From an uncultured bacterium (GTDB taxonomy: Bacteria > Bacillota_I > Bacilli_A > RFN20 > CAG-826), in contig CASDXP010000002.1 of NCBI GenBank assembly GCA_949285455.1, forward strand, positions 10,188 to 74,187: a stretch of 64,000 nt of DNA. Direction: 5' to 3'. The position numbers and the translations under genes are program-made. This document shows positions 9,772 through 23,771 of this stretch, piece after piece (position 1 is the first letter of the stretch; each line of letters opens with the position of its first letter). Under the pieces are notes generated by a model, which ran no database searches, had not been told where the DNA came from, and saw nothing but the letters and a program-made list of their open reading frames with translations.

Positions 9772-10893
9772 ATGATATTTACAATAAGAAAAGATGTATT
9801 TCTCAAAGCGCTTAATGTCGCTAATAGGGCGCTTTCTTCTAAAGTTGCACTCCCAATTCTTAATTCTTTAAAACTTGAATTAGATGAAGAAGGGCTACAT
9901 ATTACTGGAAGCAATAACGATATAACAATAAAGACAACCGTTCCTTTAAAAGAAAACGATGAAGAAATTATTAGCAACACTAAATTTGGTGGAGCTTTAG
10001 TAAACGGGCGTCTTCTTACTGAAATTGTTAGAAAGTGTGAAAGAGATACTTTGACATTCGATATTTTTGATGAAACGATCGTCAAAATTAAATATGGAAA
10101 CTCTGGTTTTAATCTAAATTCAGCAAGAGCGGAAGAATATCCTGACTTCGATATGGAAGAAAAAGGCGTTGAAGTTGGTATGAAAGCTTCTTTATTTTCA
10201 AATTTAGTTGATACGGTTGCGTTTGCCGCTTCCACGAAAGAGCAAAGACCAGTTTTAACTGCAATTAATTTCGAAGCTAACGATGGTAGACTTGCTTGCA
10301 CGACTACGGATGGTTTTAGACTTGCAAGAATTGAAGCGAATTTAGATACGAACGAATCTTTCGTTGCAAACGTGCCTGCTAAGATGGCGCAAGAAGTAGC
10401 GAGATTAATCGATGGTGAAGAAAATATTCGTATCTATTTTGATACGAAAAAAGCTTTGTTTGTCTTCGGTAAAACTATCGTCAGCGTTAGATATGCCGCT
10501 GGTGAATTCCCCAACGCTAAAACTATCATTCCAAAGAGTTTTAATTACTTCTTAGAAATCAACGCTCAAGAATTACTTTCAGCGATGGATAGAGTTTCAA
10601 CTCTTTCTTTAGAAAGAGATAACATCGTCACCCTCAAAATGTCCGAATCGAGCGTAGAAGTTTCTTCTAAAGATAGCCAAAACGGTTCCGCGAACGAAGA
10701 AATTAGCGTTTTCCAATATCAAAACGAACCATTAGAAGTAAGTTTCAACTCTTCTTATGTAGCGCAGGCGATCAAGGCTGTTGGAACGACCGATGTCATC
10801 TTAGCATTTTTAGGCGAAATGAAGCCTTTTACGGTCAAGTCCACCAAAGATGACTCCATCGTCCAATTAGTGACGCCTAGACGCACTTATTAA
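9772..10893 (+). CDS. dnaN: DNA polymerase III beta sliding clamp
   Basis: MIFTIRKDVFLKALNVANRALSS N-terminus; 373 aa with three-domain clamp architecture. Position after dnaA. Confidence 0.93.
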   Translation: MIFTIRKDVFLKALNVANRALSSKVALPILNSLKLELDEEGLHITGSNNDITIKTTVPLKENDEEIISNTKFGGALVNGRLLTEIVRKCERDTLTFDIFDETIVKIKYGNSGFNLNSARAEEYPDFDMEEKGVEVGMKASLFSNLVDTVAFAASTKEQRPVLTAINFEANDGRLACTTTDGFRLARIEANLDTNESFVANVPAKMAQEVARLIDGEENIRIYFDTKKALFVFGKTIVSVRYAAGEFPNAKTIIPKSFNYFLEINAQELLSAMDRVSTLSLERDNIVTLKMSESSVEVSSKDSQNGSANEEISVFQYQNEPLEVSFNSSYVAQAIKAVGTTDVILAFLGEMKPFTVKSTKDDSIVQLVTPRRTY

Positions 10894-10925
10894 GCTAAAA
10901 ATAGGCGATTTTAAGCTAATGAATT

Positions 10926-10950
10926 CAAGGGAATAAATTGTTATTCCCTT
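10926..10950 (+). terminator. Rho-independent terminator after dnaN
   Basis: Hairpin AGGGAATA-aattg-TATTCCCT followed by TTTTT. Confidence 0.6.
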
Positions 10951-10994
10951 TTTAATTTATTTTTAGTATAATTACTCCGTAGGGTTTTTATTAT

Positions 10995-11217
10995 ATGAAT
11001 AAAAAAGAGCAAATTATCGTCTTTAAAGGTCCATATCTCACTTTGGGGCAATTGCTCAAGAAATTAGACCTTATCGATTCTGGTGGTGAAGCTAGACTTT
11101 TCTTAGCGACACATAAAGTTTCTGTCGACGGCGAAATTGAAACTAGAAGAGGAAGGAAACTCTACGATTGTTCTTACGTGGTCATCGATCAAAATAATTA
11201 CCGATTAAAAGAAGAAG

Positions 11218-11231
<14 letters not shown>
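10995..11231 (+). CDS. yaaA: S4-domain RNA-binding protein YaaA
   Basis: SGGEARLFLATHKVSVDGEIETRRGRKL S4 motif. Conserved slot between dnaN and recF. Confidence 0.8.
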
Positions 11232-14306
<3,075 letters not shown>

Positions 14307-14325
14307 TGAAAGGTGGTAACAAATA

Positions 14326-16911
14326 ATGTTTGAAGAAGAAGATAAAATTATCAACGAAGAAGTTGATGAAAAACTAGAAGAAGAAACACCCGTAAGCGAA
14401 GAGGGTGGAAATGATGATGGTGAAGCTAGTGCTGGTATCGTTCCAGGCTTAGTAGATGTCGACATCGCTAAAGAAGTAAGAAGTTCCTTCTTAGATTACG
14501 CTATGAGCGTCATCGTTGCACGTGCTTTACCAGATGTACGCGACGGTTTAAAACCCGTCCACAGACGTATTATTTTCGGTATGAACGAATCAGGTATCAC
14601 TCCTGATAAACCTTATAAAAAATGCGCTCGTATCGTCGGTGACGTCATGGGTAAATATCACCCGCACGGCGACGCCGCTATCTATTCAACTTTAGTCAGA
14701 TTAGCCCAACCCTTCTCCATGCGTTATACGCTTGTGGATGGTCACGGTAACTTTGGTTCCGTCGATGGTGATGAAGCTGCCGCTATGCGTTACACTGAAG
14801 CGAGAATGTCCAAACTATCTTTAGAGATGGTAAGAGATATTAATGATGATACTATCGACTTTGTCGATAACTACGATGGAACAGAAAGAGAACCATCAAT
14901 TTTACCTTCTAGAATTCCTAATTTATTAATTAATGGTAGTTCAGGTATTGCTGTTGGTATGGCGACTAACATGCCCCCACATAATCTCGGTGAAATTATC
15001 GATGGTATTCGCGCGGTCGCATTAAATCCAGAAATAAGCGTCGAAGAAATTATGGCTAATGCCATCCATGGTCCTGATTTCCCAACCGGTGGCATCATCT
15101 TAGGAAGAAGTGGTATTAAACAAGCCTATGAAACTGGTCAAGGAACGATTACAATTCGTTCTAAGTGCGAAATCGAAGAACACGCGAATGGTAAAAAATC
15201 TATCATCGTCACCGAAATTCCTTACCAAGTTAATAAAGCGACGATGATCGAAAAGATTGCCGATCTTGTTAAAAACAAGATTATCGATGGTATTACCGAC
15301 ATTCGTGATGAATCGAACCACGAAGGTATTAGGGTAGTTATCGAAGTAAGAAAAGATATCATTCCAGAAGTTTTATTAAATCAACTTTATAAGAATACTC
15401 AACTACAAGTATCTTATGGTATTATCAACCTTTGCTTAGTCAATAATGTACCAAAGGTACTAGGTATTAAAAACTTATTACAAGAATACTTAAATTTCCA
15501 AATTGAAGTCATCGAAAGAAGGACGAAATATCGTCTAAGAAAAGATGAACAAAGAGACCATGTCGTTTTAGGTTTACTTAAAGCCAGAGAAAACATTAAA
15601 GAAGTAGTGGATATTATCGTTGCTTCTGAAAGTGCGGAAGCAAGCGCGAAAGCTTTGATTGAAAGATTCGGTTTTAGCGACGCTCAAACGCAAGCTATCC
15701 TCGCTCTTCCATTAAGAAGATTATCTGGCATCGAAATCGAAAAACTTAAACAAGAAAGAATTCAACTTGAAAAGAACATTGCTTACTATCGCGACTTACT
15801 TAGCGATAGAAACAAACTTCAAGGCGTCGTCCTCGATGAATTAGTAGAAATTAAAAATCGCTACAATGATGAACGTAAGACAGAAATTTCTGATGCCTTA
15901 TCAACGATTGAAGATGAAGACTTAATCCCGGTGGAAAATATCGTCATCACTTTGACCGCTGGCGGATACGTGAAACGTCAAACTGTCGATACCTTCCACA
16001 CGCAAAATAGAGGTGGTAAAGGTATAAGAGGAACGCGTACGCATGAAAATGACGCAGTGAAGATTTTAGTCTACACTATCACGCACACCGATTTATTGTT
16101 CTTTACTACCCTTGGTAAAGTTTATCGTATGAGAGCGCACCAAATTCCTGCTTATAGTCGTGAATCGAAAGGTCTACCTATTCAAAACCTCATCAACTTA
16201 GATGAAAACGAAAAAGTTATCGCTATCATTTCTCTTGATCATTATGGCGAAGGAACTTACCTTTCCTTCATTACTAAGAAAGGTTTAATCAAGCGTACAA
16301 AAATTGAAGAATTCTTATCAATTAGACAAAATGGTAAGATCGCCATCTCTTTAAGAGATGATGATATGTTACTTGATGTTAAACACACATCTGGTTCCGC
16401 TGTCATTGGTATCGCCTCTAGCCTTGGTAAAATGGTTAAATTTGATGAAAACGATGCAAGAGCGATGGGTAGAACCGCAAGCGGTGTGAAAGCGATGAAC
16501 ACCGATGGTGGTGAATGTATCGGCGCTATTACAAGTGAAGAAGGAAATCTCGTTCTCGTCTTATCTGAAAATGGCTACGGTAAGATGACTTCATTTGATG
16601 AATATCGTATGACCAACCGCGGCACAAAAGGCGTTAAGACTTTGAAGACGACCGAAAAAATTGGTAATATTGTATGTGTTGCGATGGTCAATGGTAACGA
16701 AGACTTGATGGTTGTCACCGATAACGGAGTCATTATTCGTACACCACTTGAACAAGTACGCATCGCTTCAAGAAACACGCAAGGAGTGCGCATTATTCAA
16801 CTTGATAATAAGCGCAAAGTTTCCAACGTCGCTATCGTCCCACACGAAGAAGAAGAGGAAGAAGAAGGCGACGCGAATAATGTAGAAATTGCGGAAAATC
16901 CCGCGGAATAA
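14326..16911 (+). CDS. gyrA: DNA gyrase subunit A
   Basis: The AMRYTE(A) active-site Tyr region, the QRDR-like region [17 protein letters not shown], and an acidic C-terminal tail. Confidence 0.96.
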   Translation: MFEEEDKIINEEVDEKLEEETPVSEEGGNDDGEASAGIVPGLVDVDIAKEVRSSFLDYAMSVIVARALPDVRDGLKPVHRRIIFGMNESGITPDKPYKKCARIVGDVMGKYHPHGDAAIYSTLVRLAQPFSMRYTLVDGHGNFGSVDGDEAAAMRYTEARMSKLSLEMVRDINDDTIDFVDNYDGTEREPSILPSRIPNLLINGSSGIAVGMATNMPPHNLGEIIDGIRAVALNPEISVEEIMANAIHGPDFPTGGIILGRSGIKQAYETGQGTITIRSKCEIEEHANGKKSIIVTEIPYQVNKATMIEKIADLVKNKIIDGITDIRDESNHEGIRVVIEVRKDIIPEVLLNQLYKNTQLQVSYGIINLCLVNNVPKVLGIKNLLQEYLNFQIEVIERRTKYRLRKDEQRDHVVLGLLKARENIKEVVDIIVASESAEASAKALIERFGFSDAQTQAILALPLRRLSGIEIEKLKQERIQLEKNIAYYRDLLSDRNKLQGVVLDELVEIKNRYNDERKTEISDALSTIEDEDLIPVENIVITLTAGGYVKRQTVDTFHTQNRGGKGIRGTRTHENDAVKILVYTITHTDLLFFTTLGKVYRMRAHQIPAYSRESKGLPIQNLINLDENEKVIAIISLDHYGEGTYLSFITKKGLIKRTKIEEFLSIRQNGKIAISLRDDDMLLDVKHTSGSAVIGIASSLGKMVKFDENDARAMGRTASGVKAMNTDGGECIGAITSEEGNLVLVLSENGYGKMTSFDEYRMTNRGTKGVKTLKTTEKIGNIVCVAMVNGNEDLMVVTDNGVIIRTPLEQVRIASRNTQGVRIIQLDNKRKVSNVAIVPHEEEEEEEGDANNVEIAENPAE

Positions 16912-16920
16912 GAGGTAAAA

Positions 16921-17946
16921 ATGAAAGTTTTAGTCTACTTCTTAAGCGAAAAACATAAAGCAAATTTTGAAGGCGATCGTCTAAGAAAAACTATCGTCGG
17001 AGCTTTAAATCGCTTGGAAGTAGAATACAGTTTAGATACGAGCGATGAATACGATATCGTTCATCTTGTTTCGCCGCTTGACATCGCCATCGCTGAAAAC
17101 GCTAAATTTAATAATGTTCCAGTCGTCTTCAGCGCCCTTTATACTGAAGGTGATCCTCAAGCGCGTTACATCGATAAGTCAACTGGTATTCCTCATCTAA
17201 TTCCAAGCGCTTTAAAAGCTTTAAATTATGCTTCTTTAATCTTCGTTCCTTCCGATGGGGCCAAAGCCTTCTTGAAAGATGAAGGTGTAGAAGCAACAAT
17301 TGTCACTTGCCCATGTGCTGTCAATCAAGCGAGGTTTAAATTCGATAAGGATATCGAAAAAGAGTTGTTCTGGCGATATTTCCAAAGAGAACCGAGTAGA
17401 AAAATGATCATTTGTACAGGAGAATATGATAATCCTGACGCGGTAGAAACGTTCGTACAAGTAGCGAAAAGATTCCCAGACGTCGATTTCTATTTCTTCG
17501 GGCAAGAAAAGAAATGGTTTTCTTTACCAAGACTTGTTAAAAAATTAATTAGAAGAAAACCTAAAAATACTTATTTTAAACCTTTGATTCCTGACGATGT
17601 TTATCGTTCTGGTATGATGAATGCGATTGCTTATATCTTACCAGGTTATACGATGTCTGGCGTCGTTACTTTGATGGATGCGATGGCGTCTAAAACCCAA
17701 ATTATCGCCCTCAATAAAACTATCTTTAAAGATGAAATAATCGATGGCGAAACAGGTTACGTATGCCTTTCAGGCATGGACCTCATCAACACTTTAACTA
17801 AATTCTTAAATAAAGAAATTCCTAGCACGGTTGAAAAAGCTTATCAAATCGCTATTAACGAACCTTTAGAAAAACTAGGTGTTTTCTTAAAAAATCATTA
17901 CGAACATTTAATTAAAATTAATAGCGAAAAAGGAAAGAAGGAATAA
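16921..17946 (+). CDS. GT-B fold glycosyltransferase, probably GT4/group 1
   Basis: C-terminal half carries MDAMASKTQIIA...DEIIDGETGY, resembling the GT4 E-x7-E / EAMAxGxPVI motif. Confidence 0.5.
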   Translation: MKVLVYFLSEKHKANFEGDRLRKTIVGALNRLEVEYSLDTSDEYDIVHLVSPLDIAIAENAKFNNVPVVFSALYTEGDPQARYIDKSTGIPHLIPSALKALNYASLIFVPSDGAKAFLKDEGVEATIVTCPCAVNQARFKFDKDIEKELFWRYFQREPSRKMIICTGEYDNPDAVETFVQVAKRFPDVDFYFFGQEKKWFSLPRLVKKLIRRKPKNTYFKPLIPDDVYRSGMMNAIAYILPGYTMSGVVTLMDAMASKTQIIALNKTIFKDEIIDGETGYVCLSGMDLINTLTKFLNKEIPSTVEKAYQIAINEPLEKLGVFLKNHYEHLIKINSEKGKKE

Positions 17947-17950
17947 TTCC

Positions 17951-19231
17951 ATGTTAGATTTAAATCTCATTCGCGAAAATCCTAAAAAAATTGAAGAAGC
18001 ACTCGCTAAAAAAGAATGTCGCGTCGATATGTCTATCGTCATAAAATTAGATGAAGATAGACGTAAACTATTGCACGAGATCGAAGATAATCAAGCTGCA
18101 CAAAATCGTCTTTCCAAAGAATTTCCTAAATATAAAGACGATCCAGCTAAAAAAGAAGAAATCAAAAGACAAGTAAGTGAATTAAAAGCTTCTATCGAAG
18201 AAAAAAGAAATGAATTAGAAGTTGTCGAAAAGAAAATTTACGATTTCTTAATCGTCTTACCAAACATCCCTGATGATGACCTTCTTCCAGGTGAAAAAGA
18301 GAACAATCAAGTCATCGATATTAGAGGCGTGAAACCATCATTTAATTTTAAGGTTTTAGATCACGTCACTTTAGAAGAAAAAATTGGCTTAATCGATTAT
18401 GAAAGAGGGGTCAAAGTAGCGGGTCATGGAAACTGGTTTTATACTGGAGATGGTGCAAGACTTGAATGGGCGCTTCTTAATTTCTTCATCCAAGAACATT
18501 TAAAAGATGGCTATCAATTCATGCTTTCGCCCTTACTTTTAAATCTTGAAAGCGGGCTAGTTTCAGGACAATTTCCTAAATTTCAAAATGATGTATTCTT
18601 AATTGAAAATGTTGAACCTAATAAATTTTTACTTCCTACCGCTGAAACTTCTTTAGTAAATTATTATCGTGGGGAAATTTTAAACGAAGATGAACTTCCT
18701 AAAAAATTCTTCGCTTACACTCCTTGCTTTAGAAAAGAGGCTGGTTCTTATCGTTCGGTGGAAAGAGGAACGATAAGAGGCTATCAATTCAACAAAGTTG
18801 AAATGGTGCAATATACGACAGAAAAAGATTCTGATCGCGCTTTTGAAGAACTACTTAATAAAGCTAAATCTTTAATGGATAAATTAGGCCTCCATTATCG
18901 CGTCTCTAAACTCGCTGCCGCAGATTGTAGCGCTTCGATGGCTAGAACTTACGATATCGAAGTCTATTTCCCTAGCCTAGACATCTATAAAGAAGTATCT
19001 TCTGTCAGTAACGCTAGAGATTATCAAGCAAGAAGAGGTAAAATGAGATATAAGGATAAAGCTACTGGACAAAATAAGTTCATGCATACACTTAATGGTT
19101 CAGGTCTTGCGACGTCCCGCGTCTTCCCCGCCATCCTTGAACAATATCAACAAGCTGATGGCTCAGTAAAAATTCCTGAAGTGCTTAGACCCTTCATGAA
19201 TAATGAGGAATTTATATTCCCTAAAAAATAA
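17951..19231 (+). CDS. serS: Seryl-tRNA synthetase
   Basis: N-terminal coiled coil MLDLNLIRENPKK; class II motifs FRKEAGS and TLNGSGLATSR. Confidence 0.95.
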   Translation: MLDLNLIRENPKKIEEALAKKECRVDMSIVIKLDEDRRKLLHEIEDNQAAQNRLSKEFPKYKDDPAKKEEIKRQVSELKASIEEKRNELEVVEKKIYDFLIVLPNIPDDDLLPGEKENNQVIDIRGVKPSFNFKVLDHVTLEEKIGLIDYERGVKVAGHGNWFYTGDGARLEWALLNFFIQEHLKDGYQFMLSPLLLNLESGLVSGQFPKFQNDVFLIENVEPNKFLLPTAETSLVNYYRGEILNEDELPKKFFAYTPCFRKEAGSYRSVERGTIRGYQFNKVEMVQYTTEKDSDRAFEELLNKAKSLMDKLGLHYRVSKLAAADCSASMARTYDIEVYFPSLDIYKEVSSVSNARDYQARRGKMRYKDKATGQNKFMHTLNGSGLATSRVFPAILEQYQQADGSVKIPEVLRPFMNNEEFIFPKK

Positions 19232-19263
19232 CGTTGTTGTTTCATTTGGCTAACGACCAAATA

Positions 19264-19293
19264 TGTCGTGCGTGTAAAAAGCGCACGACTTTT
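19264..19293 (+). terminator. Rho-independent terminator after serS
   Basis: GTCGTGCG-tgtaaaaa-CGCACGAC followed by TTTTT. Confidence 0.7.
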
Positions 19294-19345
19294 TCGTATT
19301 AAGTAATTCAGTAATGAATTGTCTAAATAATTTCTCTATAATATT

Positions 19346-19433
19346 ACTTGCCACCGCGATAGAGAGGTTATGAACCAGGTCAGGATAGGAATATAGCAGC
19401 CTTAAGTAATCGCTCTATGCGCGGTGGTTTGGC
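19346..19433 (+). ncRNA. ffs: Small (4.5S/scRNA-type) SRP RNA
   Basis: CCAGGTCAGGATAGGAATATAGCAGCC matches SRP RNA domain IV (E. coli CCAGGUCAGGUCCGGAAGGAAGCAGCC). A closing helix pairs GCCACCGCG with CGCGGTGGT. A TATAAT -10 lies just upstream. In Bacillus the scr gene is next to tadA, as here. Confidence 0.8.
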
Positions 19434-19443
19434 TTTTAAAACG

Positions 19444-19917
19444 ATGAAAAAGATAATTAAAGACGACACCTATTTTATGCACGAAGCCTTAAAAGAAGCA
19501 AAGAAGGCTTTTTTATTAGATGAAGTACCTATTGGAGCGGTTATCGTTTATAACGATAAAATCGTGGAAAGAGGTCATAATTTACGCGAATCTAAGCAAG
19601 ATGTTTTAGCTCACGCTGAAATTAACGCTATTAAAAAATTAAATAAGAAACTACGCACTTGGCGCTTACCAGGTTATAAAATTTATGTCACAATCGAACC
19701 ATGTGCAATGTGTGCGGGGGCGATTCTTTGGTCGCGATTCGATGAAATAATTTATGGTGCGAAAGATCCTAAAGGCGGAGCGTTAGGCTCATCTTTTAAT
19801 TTATTTGCCGTTCCTCATATCAATCATCACCCAAAAATTAAAGGTGGTGTTTTAGAAGAAGAATGCGCTTCTTTGATGAAAGATTTTTTCAAAGCAAAAA
19901 GAGAAAAACAAAATTAA
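19444..19917 (+). CDS. tadA: tRNA-specific adenosine deaminase TadA. The start is placed at 19444, after the SRP RNA, rather than the ORF-track start at 19417.
   Basis: HAEINAI...PCAMCAGAI zinc-binding deaminase motifs. Confidence 0.9.
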   Translation: MKKIIKDDTYFMHEALKEAKKAFLLDEVPIGAVIVYNDKIVERGHNLRESKQDVLAHAEINAIKKLNKKLRTWRLPGYKIYVTIEPCAMCAGAILWSRFDEIIYGAKDPKGGALGSSFNLFAVPHINHHPKIKGGVLEEECASLMKDFFKAKREKQN

Positions 19918-19944
19918 CTTAATTAATGTTATAATTAAAGAACG

Positions 19945-20898
19945 ATGAAAAAATTAACTTTATTAGCGTTACCGTTATTAGGGCTTGCTCTTACGAGTTG
20001 TGAATGGGGAAGGGTTCAACCTAAACCACCCGTCATCGATCCTCCTATCGACCCAAGTGAGAATGCTTTTGAATTCAACCCAAACTCGAATCTGTTAGAC
20101 ACAATTAATGAAGTAGTGGATAAGAACAACATCAGCCAAGAAGAATTAATTTCTATCTTGAATAATTTAGATTCTAATGATGATGTCATCAACCATGTAA
20201 CTTATCGTGGTTTAAGTGCGAACTATAATGTTTTTAATCAACCGATTGAAGAAAATATTTTTGAAAAAAATATAACTTATACTTTAGCAAGATATCAAAG
20301 CGAAGATAACCTAACCTTACTCGTCGATGGTTTAAGTCAAGAAGATGGTTATTATTACGATGAAAATTTAGCGAGAGTTGATTATAGCTATACTTATAAC
20401 CGCCAAATTAATCGCGACTTAGTAAATAGTCGTTATTACGATTTTTATGACGACGCGAATAAATCATCTTTCAGTGGTTCTTACGTCGATTCTTACGCCT
20501 ATTTAGATTACGTTTATCGTGAAGCAATTACGCTTGCAAACTCAAGCGAGATTAAATATAACGCAATTACTTACATATTAGCAGCGGAAGTAGAAGGTTA
20601 CGTTATCGACATCGTTAGTAGCGACTTAAATGGCACTTTAACTATCGATGTTACAATTGATCAACCAGCCTTAAATTTAGACACTACGAACTTCAAATAT
20701 AGTTTTGCTGTTACGATCGCAAATGGTGTCATCACCTCTTTAAGCCAAGAAGAAAAGATTTACTATGTGGATAACGATGAAGAAGTGATCAAACGTATCG
20801 ATCAAGATAATTTCACTTACCTTGTTAATTCTAATCAAAACGTCTTTACCGGCGCGCTTATGGATGTCGCTGATTTTACAACCGTTAACGAAAAGTAA
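19945..20898 (+). CDS. Lipoprotein of unknown function
   Basis: Signal peptide with lipobox LALTSC; acidic, Asn/Asp-rich mature domain. Confidence 0.7.
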   Translation: MKKLTLLALPLLGLALTSCEWGRVQPKPPVIDPPIDPSENAFEFNPNSNLLDTINEVVDKNNISQEELISILNNLDSNDDVINHVTYRGLSANYNVFNQPIEENIFEKNITYTLARYQSEDNLTLLVDGLSQEDGYYYDENLARVDYSYTYNRQINRDLVNSRYYDFYDDANKSSFSGSYVDSYAYLDYVYREAITLANSSEIKYNAITYILAAEVEGYVIDIVSSDLNGTLTIDVTIDQPALNLDTTNFKYSFAVTIANGVITSLSQEEKIYYVDNDEEVIKRIDQDNFTYLVNSNQNVFTGALMDVADFTTVNEK

Positions 20899-20932
20899 AA
20901 TAATTTATTTACTTGGTTTTTGCAGCGATTTT

Positions 20933-20953
20933 TCCTCGATTTACGAGGTTTTT
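20933..20953 (+). terminator. Rho-independent terminator
   Basis: CCTCG-attta-CGAGG followed by TTTTTT. Confidence 0.55.
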
Positions 20954-21063
20954 TCTTTAAAATACATAACAAAAAATCTCAAAATTGTATAAATTAAAGT
21001 TTATCGCTTTAACTTTTGTTAAAACTTCTATATTATTTCTTTTGCATGAAATGGGGTGAATGT

Positions 21064-23730
21064 ATGCTCGTCTTAAAAAATGTTTCCAAAGATTATTACT
21101 TAAATAAAACACCCTTTCGAGCATTAAACGATATTAACTTAACGTTTGAAGATAAAGGTTTTGTGACGATACTTGGTCCTTCTGGTTGTGGTAAAACTAC
21201 TTTATTAAATATTATTGGAGGACTAGATCATTACACGGAAGGAGATATTATTATCAATGATATTTCCACTAAGACATATAAAGATAGCGATTGGGATGAT
21301 TACCGTAATAAAAGAATTGGCTTCGTCTTTCAACATTACAATCTTATTCCTCATCTTTCCGTCTTAGAAAATGTCGAATTAGCCTTAACTCTTACTGGGG
21401 TCGATAAAGAAGAAAGAAAAACTAGAGCCTTAGAAGTTTTAAAAACCGTCGGTCTAGAAAAAGAAGCGAAGAAGAAACCTAATACTCTTTCAGGCGGCCA
21501 AATGCAAAGAGTCGCTATTGCAAGATCGTTAGTGAATAATCCTGATATCATTCTTGCAGATGAGCCAACAGGAGCATTAGATTCAAAAACCTCTGTGCAA
21601 GTGATGGATATCTTAAAAGATATTTCTAAAAGAAAACTTGTCATCATGGTGACTCATAATGAAGAAATCGCAGATAAATATGCGACGAGAATGATTAGAT
21701 TAAAAGATGGTCAAATTATCGAAGATAACGATAAACCTTCTATCGAAGAAGAAGTAAAGAAAGAAAAAATTTACTTAAAAAATAAAAAGAAAAAATCCTC
21801 CATGTCTTTTTGGACAGCGGCTCTAATAAGTATTAAAAACATTTTCACAAAGAAAGGAAGAACAACCTTGACCGCAGTGGCAGGTTCATTTGGTATTATT
21901 GGTGTCGCTTTAGTCTTATCCTTATCAAGCGGCTTTAGCGCTTACGTCACAAACGTGGAAACGGCGACCGCTAATTCTTTACCTATCTCCATCGCTAGAG
22001 CGACTGTAAGTATCGAAGAAGATGGTCCAACTTACGAAAGATTTCCTGAAGATGATTCGATCATTTCTTATTCATCTAGTTCAACTTCCGTCTACGATTA
22101 TCATTATAACGTCTTCACCCCTGAATATATCGAATACGTCAAAGGTTTAGAAGAGCAAGGTTTATCAGGCTCAGTAATGTTCAATCAAACTGGTTTAAAG
22201 ATGAATTTACTTTCTAAAACCCCAAGTGGCCAAATTATCAAAGTTGATGAAGCTGGTTCAACTGGTTCTTTTTCTAGCGAAGTAGTGTCTTCTTTAACAG
22301 CTTTACCAACGACCGTGTGGCATGAACTTTATGGCGATGAAGAATATATTTTATCTTTGTATGACGTTCTAGCGGGTTCATTTCCTCAAAACGATAATGA
22401 AGTTGTTTTAATCGTCGATTCATATAACCGCGTCTACCGTAACGCCTTAGTGAACCTCGGTCTAATCGATTCTAATAATTATTCTGAATATATCGATTTC
22501 GATTCTTTAATCGGTCATGAATTTAAAGTTTTCCCAAACGAAGATATTTATATCAATAAATATCAAGGGACTGGTACTTACATCGATTTACACGGGAATA
22601 CGCAAGTGGTGAACATCGATCGTTACGAGGCTCCTGATTTCACAAATGATGAAATAGATAGAAATACTTACTGGAACGATTCTAGTAAAGGCATCAATTT
22701 AACTTTAAGCGGTATTATTCGTGTCAAAGAAAATTCTTACCTTGATATTATGCAACCTTCCATCGGTTATCTAAGTGGATTAAAAGAAACAATATTTAAC
22801 AAAAACATAAATTCGGAAATATCTGCTTCGCTTTATGAAAATAACTGGGTGGTCGATCAAGTTGTATTAAATAATATTGATGAACTTTATCGCATGTACT
22901 TAGACCCAGATTATCATCCAAGCGATCCAGCTTTAGAAATATTTAGAAATTACTCTAATATTTACGATGTAATTAATCATGCTTTCTATTTCTTTGATCC
23001 AGGGAATATTTCAACCCCAAAAGATTCTAACCTTACTTCCATTGGAATAAGCGCTTATTTAAACCTTGGTTTAAAATATTCAAGCGATTTATCGAATGAA
23101 TATAGCAATAGAGAAGATAATTACATGTCTACTCTATCTTCTTTACTTTTCTATTCCTTAGTAACTTCAATTGTCATCTTCCCTAATAGTTTAGATGCAA
23201 AAGCGGACATTATGACTTATTTAGATAAATGGAATGAAGACCTACCTGAAGACGAACAAATAATTTATACAGACACCATCGGTGAAATCACTGATGCATT
23301 AGGCATCATGATCAATTTAATATCTATCGTCTTAATTGCTTTCGCTAGCAGCGCGCTTTTAGTTTCTTGCGTCATGACAGCGATTATTACCTATGTCTCT
23401 GTTTTAGAAAGGACGAAAGAAATTGGTATTTTAAGAGCGATAGGAGCAAGGAAAAGAGACGTCTCACGCCTTTTCCAATCGGAAAATTTTATCATCGGGG
23501 CAACTTCTGGCATCATCGGAGTGCTCGTATCTGTTATTCTTTGTTTTCCAATAAACGCTATTGTGAATGCCTTATATAATGAAACTTACATTGGTAATAT
23601 TGCTTTCTTACCTTGGCATTATGCTTTAATCTTAGTGGCGGTAAGTATTATTTTAAATATTATTTCTGGCTTAATTCCTTCTTTAATAGCTGCGAAAAAA
23701 GACCCAGTAGAAGCATTACGCAGTGATTAA
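21064..23730 (+). CDS. ABC transporter, fused ATP-binding and FtsX/MacB-type permease. Start placed at 21064 (MLVLKNVSKDY).
   Basis: Walker A GPSGCGKTT, the signature LSGGQMQRVAIARS, Walker B ILADEPTGALD. A large extracytoplasmic domain between TM1 and the C-terminal FtsX four-TM bundle. Confidence 0.88.
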   Translation: MLVLKNVSKDYYLNKTPFRALNDINLTFEDKGFVTILGPSGCGKTTLLNIIGGLDHYTEGDIIINDISTKTYKDSDWDDYRNKRIGFVFQHYNLIPHLSVLENVELALTLTGVDKEERKTRALEVLKTVGLEKEAKKKPNTLSGGQMQRVAIARSLVNNPDIILADEPTGALDSKTSVQVMDILKDISKRKLVIMVTHNEEIADKYATRMIRLKDGQIIEDNDKPSIEEEVKKEKIYLKNKKKKSSMSFWTAALISIKNIFTKKGRTTLTAVAGSFGIIGVALVLSLSSGFSAYVTNVETATANSLPISIARATVSIEEDGPTYERFPEDDSIISYSSSSTSVYDYHYNVFTPEYIEYVKGLEEQGLSGSVMFNQTGLKMNLLSKTPSGQIIKVDEAGSTGSFSSEVVSSLTALPTTVWHELYGDEEYILSLYDVLAGSFPQNDNEVVLIVDSYNRVYRNALVNLGLIDSNNYSEYIDFDSLIGHEFKVFPNEDIYINKYQGTGTYIDLHGNTQVVNIDRYEAPDFTNDEIDRNTYWNDSSKGINLTLSGIIRVKENSYLDIMQPSIGYLSGLKETIFNKNINSEISASLYENNWVVDQVVLNNIDELYRMYLDPDYHPSDPALEIFRNYSNIYDVINHAFYFFDPGNISTPKDSNLTSIGISAYLNLGLKYSSDLSNEYSNREDNYMSTLSSLLFYSLVTSIVIFPNSLDAKADIMTYLDKWNEDLPEDEQIIYTDTIGEITDALGIMINLISIVLIAFASSALLVSCVMTAIITYVSVLERTKEIGILRAIGARKRDVSRLFQSENFIIGATSGIIGVLVSVILCFPINAIVNALYNETYIGNIAFLPWHYALILVAVSIILNIISGLIPSLIAAKKDPVEALRSD

Positions 23731-23771
23731 CATTATCTCAATATTATGTATAATAATAAGAGTAATTTATT

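Noticed and set aside
17947-17950. T-box leader upstream of serS (and of metG at 60796-60843)
   Set aside because: Only 4 bp separate serS from the upstream gene, and about 48 bp (mostly a terminator) precede metG. There is no room for a leader of about 250 nt.
21016-21063. Upstream start (MLKLLYYFFCMKWGEC) for the ABC transporter
   Set aside because: The extension is hydrophobic, has no function, and overlaps the promoter. The ATG at 21064 directly precedes the conserved ATPase N-terminus (MLVLKNVSKDY).
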